Part shown: positions 10,101 through 17,733 of the stretch, piece by piece
How positions within the stretch are numbered: position 1 is the first letter of the stretch
How the letters are laid out: each line of letters begins with the position of its first letter
Source of the DNA: Myxococcales bacterium
GTDB taxonomy: Bacteria > Myxococcota > Myxococcia > Myxococcales > 40CM-4-68-19
Reading direction: 5' to 3'
Assembly (NCBI GenBank): GCA_035702105.1
Contig: DASSQZ010000148.1
Location: forward strand, 1-52,779
Length of the DNA: 52,779 nucleotides
Made by a program: the position numbers and the translations under genes
Notes under the pieces: generated by a model
The model's database searches: none
What the model was told of the DNA's origin: nothing
The model's input: the letters and a program-made list of their open reading frames with translations, nothing else

Positions 10101-11156
10101 GCCTGCAGACTCTTGCCGGACAAGCTCACCTATTCGGCGGCCGACACCGTCAGCCTGGCGGCCGACGTGGTCAACACCACCGCCGATCGCTCGCTGGCCG
10201 GGCTCACCGCGTCGGTGGACGTCCGGCTCTCGGGGGGAGGCCCGGCGGTCTTCAGCCAGGCCCTGGCGCTGCCGCCGCTGGCGCCGGGCAACCGCCTCGC
10301 CCGCACCTTCGACTTCAGCGCCAACGGCGTTCCGGCGGGCGAGTACAGCGCGCTGATGCAGGTGGTGGGCGGCATCCACGCCGCCGCGTTCTGCTCGGGG
10401 ACCTTCCGGATCGAGAGCTCCGCCGCCAGCACCATCGGCCTCAAAGGCACCCTCTCGGTGGATCCCGCCGTGGTCCGCAGCGCCGCGCCCAGCCAGGCCG
10501 CGTACGCCGTCACCAACTTCGGCAACGGCACCGTGGATCTTCTCGGGCTCAAGATCGTGCTCACCGATCCCGACACCGGCGAGATCCTCGACCTGCTCAC
10601 CGATTCCACCTCGCTCGCGGCAGGAAGCACCTTCTCGGCGACGCAGCCGCTCGCCACCGCGGGCCTGAAGCAGAAGACCTACGTCGCGGTGCTGCTGGCG
10701 GTCCTCCCCTCGGGAGAGGAGGAGACGCTGGCCTTCGCCAACCTCACGGTGGTCAACGCGCCGCCCGACTGCAGCCGCGCCGCGGCGGCGCCGGCGGTGG
10801 ACCTCTGGCCCCCGGATCACCGCTTCGTGGACGTCTCCATCGCCGGGGTCACCGATCCCGACGGCGATCCGGTGACCATCACCATCCTCGAGATACGCCA
10901 GGACGAGCCGGTGAACGCCGCGGGCGACGGCAACACCTGCCCCGACGCGAGCGGCATCGGCACCCCGATTGCGCAGATCCGGTCCGAACGCAGCGGTCCG
11001 CTGGACGGCCGCGTCTACCACATCCGCTTCAACGCCGACGACGGACGGGGCGGCACCTGCCAGGCGCAGGTCACGCTCTGCGTGCCGCACGACCAGCGTC
11101 CCGGCATGGGCTGCGTCGACCAGGGTGCGGTCTTCGACTCCACGCAGTGCCGTTGA
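7128..11156 (+). CDS. Large secreted multidomain protein with terpenoid-cyclase-like repeats, four Myxococcus-type Cys-rich repeats, a VWA-like domain and a D-rich metal-binding motif
   Basis: RBS AAGGAGA. Signal peptide ...[20 protein letters not shown]/GGW repeats (prenyltransferase/squalene-oxidase-like). Four ~50-aa repeats CGDGxVNxxxExCDGADLxGxTCxxLGxGxGTLxCTxxCxxDTxGC. VWA-like segment [50 protein letters not shown] motif. Confidence 0.8.
   Translation: [1342 protein letters not shown]
8022..8622 (+). repeat. 4 tandem ~150-nt (50-aa) Myxococcus-type cysteine-rich repeats inside CDS 7128..11156
   Basis: The protein blocks repeat with conserved Cys spacing (CGD...CDG.DL.G.TC...G.G.GTL.C...C..D..GC). 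The DNA shows matching tandem similarity. Confidence 0.7.
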
Positions 11157-11194
11157 CGAGGCCGCACCCGCAGGGGTGAGGCCGGGGAGCCCGT

Positions 11195-14100
11195 ATGTTC
11201 CGATCTCTCAAGGTGCCGTTCATCGCCCTGGTCGTGGTCGTGGCGTTTGCCGCGTACCTGGCTGGTCCGGCGCGCTTCCGCAAGGTGGAGGTGAAGGTCC
11301 CGGCGCCCGCGAGCGCGAGATTGTCCGGCATGGGGGTTCCGCCCCACCGGTTCGGAGCGCCCGGCCCGGGCGGGCCCGGTCGCGCGCTCGCACGCAGGGA
11401 TCCGCCCCCGCAGTCCGCCGACGAGCGCTACAGCGCCGTGCTCGACGACGTGCAAGAGAAGGTCCGGCAGGCGAAGTTGCGGCGCGCCGAGGACCGGCCC
11501 CCGGACGCGGAGGTGAAGGCCATCCGCGGGGATGCAGAGAAGCTCCAGGGCCTGGAGGTCGCCGCCGCCGCGTCGTTCCAGGAGATGGGGCAGCGCCTGC
11601 ACGACGCGAACCTGCCCGGCGTCCTGCAGGAGCGGAACCTGGCTGCCGAGAGGGAGTTCGCGGCGCGCGCCGACGAATTCGGCGCGCTGTTGCGCTCGCT
11701 CGCCTCCGCCGACGATCGGGGCCTCGCCGGCGCGCGCGATGCCGCCCTCGACCGGATCGGCGCCTTCTTCGAACGGCACCTGCAGGGAGGGCCGGTTCAG
11801 AAGGTGGATCCCGGCCGGCTGCCCTTCCGGGGCGCCACGCCCCTGGCGCGGGCGCCCATCGCCTCGGCGGACGAGCTTCCCCAAAGCCTGCGGCCGCCGC
11901 CCGCGGCGCGGCGGACCCGCGCCCTGACCACGTCGGCGCCCGATCCCAACCTTTCGTCCACCGAGGACGTGCAGATCACCCAGCCCATCCGCGATCTCGC
12001 GGCCAGCCTGGGCAACAACCCGGCGCAGATCTTCGGCTGGGTGCGCAACAACGTCGTCTGGTTGCCCACCTACGGCTCGGTCCAGGGGAGCGCGGTCACG
12101 CTGGCCAGCCGCCGGGGGAACTCCTTCGACACCTCCAGCCTGCTGATCGCGCTGCTGCGCGCCGCAGGAGTCCCGGCCCGGTACGTCTACGGCACCATCG
12201 AGGTGCCCGCCACGCGCGTCTCCAACTGGACGGGCGGCCTCACGCCGCTGGCCGCGCAGCAGTTGATGGGGCAGGGCGGCATCCCCAGCGTCGGGATGAT
12301 CGACGGCACGGGCAACGTGGTCGCGGTGCGGCTCGAGCACGTCTGGGTGGAGGCGCTGGCCGACTTCGTGCCTTCGCGCGGCGCGGCGGCGGAGAAGGCG
12401 GACACCTGGGTGCCGCTGGACGCGTCGTTCAAGCAGTACCAGCTGGGCGCGCCCATCGACATCAAGGCGGCGGTGCCGGTGGACGTCGAGGGCACCGCCA
12501 GGGCCGCGGCGTCCACGGCGCTGGTCGATCCCGTGGCGCAGTCGCTGACCGGCTTCGACCAGGGCACGCTCGATTTCTTCATCGACAAAATGGGCGAGGA
12601 CATCGAGCTCAAGTACGGCCCCACGCCGGACGTCGCCCTCTTCACCGGCCCGAGGACCATCACGCCAGCCGTGAGCCAGGTGTTGCCCGGGTCGCTCCCC
12701 AACCGCATCGTCGCCCGCGCCGCCGTCTGGTCCGAGCTGCCCGACAGCCTGCGGCACAAGGTGGCGATGACGCTCTACGCCTCGTCGCTGGACCGGGCCC
12801 TGGACTCGCCTTCGGCAAGCTTCAGGATCAGCCTGCCCGCCCTGGCGGGGCGGAGACTGGGCGTCACCTACGTTCCCGCGACCGACGCCGACGCCGCGGC
12901 GCTGGCCAGCTTCCGCAGCGCGCCCGGGACCGACATGCCGGTGTACCTGGTGCAGGTGCGGCCCTCCATCCGCATCGACGACTCCGAGGTGGCGCTGGGC
13001 CCGCCGGTGACCATGGGCACCTTGCAGGAGTGGGACGCGGGCGTGACCGATCCCACCGATCCGGCCGGCGACATCCACCCCTACACGGTGACGGCCGGCG
13101 ACGAGATGGTCTTCGGCATCGACCCGCAGGGCGCCTCGCAGGAGACCATCCACCAGCGCTTCCTGCAGCGTCCTTCGGACACCGCCGCCGAAAACCTCTT
13201 CACCGTCTCGCTCTATTACTGGGCGCAGTGCGACCTGGTGGCGAGTTCGGCGGCGGTGGCGCAGAACGCCGCGGTCCAGCGCCTGCCCTCCATCGGCCTG
13301 TTCTCGGTGCCGCTGCGGGTCGGCTACTTCTTCGGCTTCCCCCGCACCGGCCACTACGGCCCGCGGCAGATGGACGTGGCGCACTCCATCTTCGCCGTGG
13401 TGGAGAAGGGCAACGGCGACACCTCCGGCATCCTCCGCTCCATCGGCATGCTGGCCTCGGTGCTGGAGGGGCGGACCTTCGACGCGCTCTTCGGCAGGGT
13501 GACCGGCACGGGCGTCTCGGCCGTGCAACTGTTGCGCGAGGCCAACGAGCAGCAGATCCCCATCTACCTGGTCACCCGGGACAACTTCGCCACGGTGGCG
13601 CCGCAGCTCCTGGTGGGCTCCGACATCGTGGCGAGCATCTCGGACGCGGTGCGCGTGGGCAAGACCGTGCTGGTGCCGCAGCGGGCGCCGTTGCACGGCA
13701 ACTGGTCGGGGCTTGGCTACATCATCGAGGACCCCGCGACCGGCGCGGCGGCCTACCTGATCAACGGCGGCACCAGCGGCGGCTCCGACGACCCCTGCAA
13801 TCCGGAGAGCCCCAAGGAGCCGGTGAAGGTGCCGGTGATCGAGATCCTCATCATCGCCATCATCATCCTGCTCATCATCCTGCTGCTGCTCTCCAATCCC
13901 GAGCTGATCCCGGCCATCGGCGCAATCCTGGGCGGCCTGGGGAGGCTCGCGCCGGCGGCGGCGTCGCTCTTGCTCGCGCTGGGAATAGGGTCCACGCCGG
14001 CGATGGCGTCCACTCCCAGTCCCACGCCTCTGCCGGGCGAAGGGCTTGCCCCGCCGGGCGACTGCACGCCCGCGCAATACGCCACCCTGGTGGCGGCGGT

Positions 14101-14314
14101 GGAGGGAAGCTGCAAGTCGGGACCCGCCTGCAAGGGCACCGATTGCGCCACCCTGACCGCGGCGCTGTCCCGCCTGCAGGCCTGCGTCGCCGCGCGGCAG
14201 GACATCATGGTGACCTGCTTCCGCGGCGGCGACCAGGCGCACGTGGACGAGCTCGAGAACGCCAGGCGGGCGGTTGAGAACTGCGCCTGCCGTGTGGCAA
14301 GGTTCTGCGGGTGA
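11195..14314 (+). CDS. Transglutaminase-like domain membrane protein (Cys-to-Ser variant) with a post-TM Cys-rich C-terminal domain
   Basis: RBS GGGGAG. N-terminal signal anchor (VPFIALVVVVAFAAYLAG). The transglutaminase-like core aligns as GNSFDTSSLLIALLRAAGVPARYVYG, with Ser at the catalytic Cys position. The His (LEHVWVEAL) and Asp (WVPLDASF) motifs are retained. There is a hydrophobic helix IEILIIAIIILLIILLLLS at the C-terminus, followed by a ~110-aa tail with 9 Cys. Confidence 0.8.
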   Translation: MFRSLKVPFIALVVVVAFAAYLAGPARFRKVEVKVPAPASARLSGMGVPPHRFGAPGPGGPGRALARRDPPPQSADERYSAVLDDVQEKVRQAKLRRAEDRPPDAEVKAIRGDAEKLQGLEVAAAASFQEMGQRLHDANLPGVLQERNLAAEREFAARADEFGALLRSLASADDRGLAGARDAALDRIGAFFERHLQGGPVQKVDPGRLPFRGATPLARAPIASADELPQSLRPPPAARRTRALTTSAPDPNLSSTEDVQITQPIRDLAASLGNNPAQIFGWVRNNVVWLPTYGSVQGSAVTLASRRGNSFDTSSLLIALLRAAGVPARYVYGTIEVPATRVSNWTGGLTPLAAQQLMGQGGIPSVGMIDGTGNVVAVRLEHVWVEALADFVPSRGAAAEKADTWVPLDASFKQYQLGAPIDIKAAVPVDVEGTARAAASTALVDPVAQSLTGFDQGTLDFFIDKMGEDIELKYGPTPDVALFTGPRTITPAVSQVLPGSLPNRIVARAAVWSELPDSLRHKVAMTLYASSLDRALDSPSASFRISLPALAGRRLGVTYVPATDADAAALASFRSAPGTDMPVYLVQVRPSIRIDDSEVALGPPVTMGTLQEWDAGVTDPTDPAGDIHPYTVTAGDEMVFGIDPQGASQETIHQRFLQRPSDTAAENLFTVSLYYWAQCDLVASSAAVAQNAAVQRLPSIGLFSVPLRVGYFFGFPRTGHYGPRQMDVAHSIFAVVEKGNGDTSGILRSIGMLASVLEGRTFDALFGRVTGTGVSAVQLLREANEQQIPIYLVTRDNFATVAPQLLVGSDIVASISDAVRVGKTVLVPQRAPLHGNWSGLGYIIEDPATGAAAYLINGGTSGGSDDPCNPESPKEPVKVPVIEILIIAIIILLIILLLLSNPELIPAIGAILGGLGRLAPAAASLLLALGIGSTPAMASTPSPTPLPGEGLAPPGDCTPAQYATLVAAVEGSCKSGPACKGTDCATLTAALSRLQACVAARQDIMVTCFRGGDQAHVDELENARRAVENCACRVARFCG

Positions 14315-14835
14315 CGGAAGCGCAGCGGCTCAAGGAGCTGGTGCGGCGGGCCTTCGCCAGGGCGCAGCGTCCCGCGGAGGGCGCGCTCCACGAGAGCGAC
14401 GAGGGCGACGAGGGTCCGCTGCTCGAGCGCGACTTCCGCGACAAGCTGGACTGGCGCGCGCTCGACGGCGGCTTTCTCGACCAGGCTCCCGCCGGGTATG
14501 GCTCCGCGCTCAGCTTCTTCTCGCCGGAAGCGCTGCGGTACTACCTGCCCGCGTACCTGATCGCCGACCTGGACGGGCAGCTCGACCAGGTGGACGTCGC
14601 CTTCCGCCTGAGCGCGCCGTTCAGCGACGCCGCCCGCGCCACCGCGGTGAACCCGCGCCGCTACGGCAGCCTGACCCGTTTCGACGCCGGCAGCCGCCGC
14701 TACGCGGGTTTCTCCCGGGAGGAAGTGGAGGCCATCGTCGCCTTCCTCGAGCACAAGGCGGCGGGGGGCGGCGGGGCGCCCATCCGGGAGGCGCTGGCCA
14801 ACTACTGGCGACCTCGACTCTCGGAGGGCGGGTAA
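14311..14835 (+). CDS. Hypothetical 174-aa cytoplasmic protein, translationally coupled to the upstream gene
   Basis: The GTG start overlaps the upstream TGA (GTGA). The protein is acidic with no signal peptide. It carries the motif SALSFFSPEALRYYLPAYLIADL. I recognise no family. Confidence 0.55.
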   Translation: MTEAQRLKELVRRAFARAQRPAEGALHESDEGDEGPLLERDFRDKLDWRALDGGFLDQAPAGYGSALSFFSPEALRYYLPAYLIADLDGQLDQVDVAFRLSAPFSDAARATAVNPRRYGSLTRFDAGSRRYAGFSREEVEAIVAFLEHKAAGGGGAPIREALANYWRPRLSEGG

Positions 14836-15117
14836 CGGGCGCGCTGCGGATTCGTTCCGACCGACACCTTCGCCCCGAGCTCGGACCTGCGCGTCCCGAC
14901 GCGTCGAAACGAAGAAGGTCAGCCTCGAGCGATGCCGCGGAAGAGGGCGACGCTCCCGACCATCTCGACCCACCGGGTTCCCCAAGGGCGCGCAGAAGCG
15001 TCTCGGCGGTGGCGGGCTTCTGCACGAAGCGCTGGATCACGCGCGTGCCGGCGAAGAGCGCGGCGTCGCGTGCCGAGGTGAGGGCTCGCCGCGCGCGCGG
15101 GCGCAGCTTGCATCCCT

Positions 15118-15552
15118 TCAGCGGCGGGCGGCGGCGAGCGAGGCGTAGAGCGCGTCGTAGAGGAAGCTGGCCTTGGAGAGCGCGTCGTGGTCGTTCGCCG
15201 CCACGGTCGGGAACCCGCCCGAGATGGCCCGCAGGCCCGGCGCCGCGGGCTCGGTCTGCGGGGCATCGGGGAAATCGGCGCAATGGACGATCCGCGCCAG
15301 CGCCTGCAGGGCAAGGTCGGTCGGACAGTGCTCGTCGACCAGCGCCTCGAAGGAGCAGCGGCCTTTCGCATCCTGGTGCGGATAGGTGGCCCCTGGCGCG
15401 TCGAAGCCCTTTGCTCCCTGTTCCTCCTGGACGCGGGCCACCTGCTCGGGCGGCACGAAGAGGAACTCGGCTTGCGGATCGATGAATCGGCGCACCAGCC
15501 AGGCGGTGGCGATCCGGTTCACCCGGGCGTGATGGCGCGTCACCCACTTCAT
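15118..15552 (-). CDS. ChrB-like (chromate-resistance domain) protein, stand-alone
   Basis: The N-terminus MKWVTRHHARVNRIATAWLVRRFIDPQAEFLFVP matches the conserved ChrB-domain signature (W.TR....DR.A..WLIRRFIDP.A.F.FV). Confidence 0.6.
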   Translation of the reverse strand: MKWVTRHHARVNRIATAWLVRRFIDPQAEFLFVPPEQVARVQEEQGAKGFDAPGATYPHQDAKGRCSFEALVDEHCPTDLALQALARIVHCADFPDAPQTEPAAPGLRAISGGFPTVAANDHDALSKASFLYDALYASLAAARR

Positions 15553-15791
15553 GGCAGACGCCCGGGTGGTCCCGGGGCCCGCGAGGGGCCGGCGGGCAGG
15601 GGAAGGAAGGGAAGGCCGTTCGCTGCGTGCTCCATGGGACGTTTGGCCGATTCAGCTGAACCGGGCCGGCGTTAGGAGTGATACGGCTGCACCATGGACG
15701 GCGCAAGCGGGGCGCTGCGGCACCGTCGGAGTGACGACACGATGCGTGCGGTGAACCGCTTGCCCTTGAATCCATTGCAGAGGAGACGCAC

Positions 15792-16646
15792 ATGATCGTC
15801 GCGATGTTGCTGGCTGCCGCGGCAGGCGCGCCCGACTGGAAACCGGTGCAGCAGGTGTTCGGATTCGACGGCAGCGCGCTGCCGGGCGGCGTCATCCGCT
15901 TCAACATGCCGCGCTCGGATCTGCACGTCACCGTGGGCGGAGTCGAGGTGAAGCCCGCCCTGGCGCTGGGCGGCTGGGCGGCGTTCGCGCCGATGGGCAA
16001 GGGCAAGGCGATGATCATGGGGGACCTGGTGCTGACCGAGGACGAGGTGCCGGCGGTGACCAACGCGCTGCTCGAGGGCGGCGTGAACGTGACGGCCATC
16101 CACAACCACCTGCTCGGGGAGACGCCGCGGGTCCTCTACCTGCACATGGGCGGCCATGGAGACGCGGCGAAGATGGCCGGCGCCGTGGTGAAGGCGGTCA
16201 AGCTGACGAAGACGCCGATGCCGCCCGCTCCGGCGGCGAAAGGCGACACGGACTTCGGGTTCGACCCGGCGGCGGTGGACAAGGCGATGGGCATCAAGGG
16301 GACTGCCGGCGGCGGCTGCCTCCACTACAACGTCGCGCGCGCGGAGAAGGTGATGGAGGACGGCATGGCGGCGCCGGCGTCGTTCGGCATGGGCACCTCG
16401 ATCAACTTCCAGCCGACCGGCGGCGGGAAGGCCGCGATCGCCGGCGACTTCGCCATGACGGCGAAGGAGGTCGAGCCGGTGCTGAACGTGCTGCGGCAGA
16501 ACGGCATCGTCGCCACCGCGCTCCACAGCCACGCGCTCAACGACGTTCCGCGGCTCTTCTACATGCACTTCTGGGCCAACGACGACGCGGTCAAGCTGGC
16601 GACGGCGCTCCACACCGCGGTGGCGAGGACCAACTCGAAGAAGTAG
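15792..16646 (+). CDS. DUF1259-family secreted protein (two internal repeats)
   Basis: RBS GGAGA. The IHNHLL...PR motif duplicates as LHSHALNDVPRLFYMHFWA, in the tandem-repeat architecture of the DUF1259/LpqO-like family. Confidence 0.6.
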   Translation: MIVAMLLAAAAGAPDWKPVQQVFGFDGSALPGGVIRFNMPRSDLHVTVGGVEVKPALALGGWAAFAPMGKGKAMIMGDLVLTEDEVPAVTNALLEGGVNVTAIHNHLLGETPRVLYLHMGGHGDAAKMAGAVVKAVKLTKTPMPPAPAAKGDTDFGFDPAAVDKAMGIKGTAGGGCLHYNVARAEKVMEDGMAAPASFGMGTSINFQPTGGGKAAIAGDFAMTAKEVEPVLNVLRQNGIVATALHSHALNDVPRLFYMHFWANDDAVKLATALHTAVARTNSKK

Positions 16647-16672
16647 CGCCGGCGTCGCCTGGTTCCGCAGCG

Positions 16673-17257
16673 TCAAGAAGGCGGGCGTTCGCGGCGCATG
16701 AAGAGGCGCGTGAGCAGCAGGTGTGCCGGCAGGTAGAGGAAGAGGATCATTGCGCCGGAGATCAGCGCGAGGTGCAGCGGCGCCGGTCCCACTTGCCGGT
16801 TCCAGAGCGGATCGCGGAACGCGTAGTTCAGGTTGAGCGCAGGTCCGAACGCGCGCGAGGCGACCAGCGCGCAGAGAGTGATCGCCGCCTGCAACGGCAG
16901 GCCGCGCCGGTCATATCCCACCCGGCGCAGGCACCAGAGGAGCACGAGCGGCTGGACCACGTGGAAGAGCGACAGCAGCCGCACGAAGAGCGGGAAGCCG
17001 GGCTGCCACAGGTACTCGGTTCCGCCGAACAGGTGCCTGCCCGAGATCAGGCGCGAGCAGACGTCGACGTCCCAGAGCAGGTCCGCGAAGATCGAGAACA
17101 GGGCCTGGCTCGAGAGCAGCAGCGCGCTTCCGGACCAGATCCCGGCGCAGGTGACGATCACCGCGACGTCGCAGAGGTGGAGGAAGTTGGCGAATCCCCA
17201 GACCGACGCGTACGCCGGGACCCAGACCACGAGCCAGGCTGCGGCTGCCCAGCGCAT
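16673..17257 (-). CDS. Integral membrane protein (about 5-6 TM), unknown function
   Basis: Translation from the internal ATG (MRWAAAAWLVVWVPAYASVWGF...) gives a hydrophobic 194-aa protein. The longer track ORF to 17473 starts at a TTG and adds a non-membrane leader. Confidence 0.5.
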   Translation of the reverse strand: MRWAAAAWLVVWVPAYASVWGFANFLHLCDVAVIVTCAGIWSGSALLLSSQALFSIFADLLWDVDVCSRLISGRHLFGGTEYLWQPGFPLFVRLLSLFHVVQPLVLLWCLRRVGYDRRGLPLQAAITLCALVASRAFGPALNLNYAFRDPLWNRQVGPAPLHLALISGAMILFLYLPAHLLLTRLFMRRERPPS

Positions 17258-17657
17258 GCGCGGGAAGGGTTTGATGTCGTGAATGATTTCATTCACGGCG
17301 TGAAGTGGCAAGCACGCAGGTCCACCGCAGGACGTGGTGGCGGAGGGCCGCTTCCTTGACAAGCTCGCGCCGGAGTTGCTAGACAGCGCCCTCCGATTTG
17401 GAGGCGATATGGATTTCCGACTGCATACATCCGAAAAAGCGATGCCTGCGGTGGGGAACTGCCTCCAGCGCAAGTGTCGCGGGTAGCCTCGCGGATCTGA
17501 ACAGATTCGAGGGATGGCGGTAGGCCAGCGGTGGCGCAGGGCCTCCCGGCGGGCGTCCGGTCCGATACCGGATGGTACCCGGCGGGGGTTGCCCGCGGCG
17601 CTTTCCGCGGATCGGCGCCGCTCGGCGAAAGGCGTCTGCCGTAAACGACGCCTGCCA

Positions 17658-17733
17658 GGGGATGTAGCTCAATGGGTAGAGCATTGGCTCGAAACGCCAA
17701 GGGTCGGAGGTTCGAATCCTCCCATCAACGCCA
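17658..17733 (+). tRNA. tRNA, anticodon GAA (Phe) by fold, with atypical features
   Basis: 76-nt cloverleaf. D-arm GCTC/GAGC, anticodon stem TTGGC/GCCAA with loop TCGAAAC, T-arm GGAGG-TTCGAAT-CCTCC, 3' GCCA. The acceptor 5' strand GGGGATG against 3' CATCAAC leaves two G-A mispairs. Position 33 is C rather than U. Confidence 0.6.

Noticed and set aside
7041-11179. Very long ORFs antisense to or out of frame with gene 7128..11156 (1349-aa minus-strand ORF 7041..11090 and 1337-aa plus-strand ORF 7166..11179)
   Set aside because: Their translations are low-complexity Arg/Gly/Ala/Pro-rich strings with no domain signal. Stop-codon-poor alternative frames are expected in a ~70% or more GC genome. 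The frame with recognisable domains, a signal peptide and an RBS is 7128..11156.
10969-14277. 1102-aa plus-strand ORF 10969..14277 and 1075-aa minus-strand ORF 11015..14242 overlapping the transglutaminase-like gene
   Set aside because: Same GC-driven artefact. The translations are Arg/Gly/Pro-rich with no motifs. Only 11195..14314 carries the transglutaminase-like motifs and a proper RBS.
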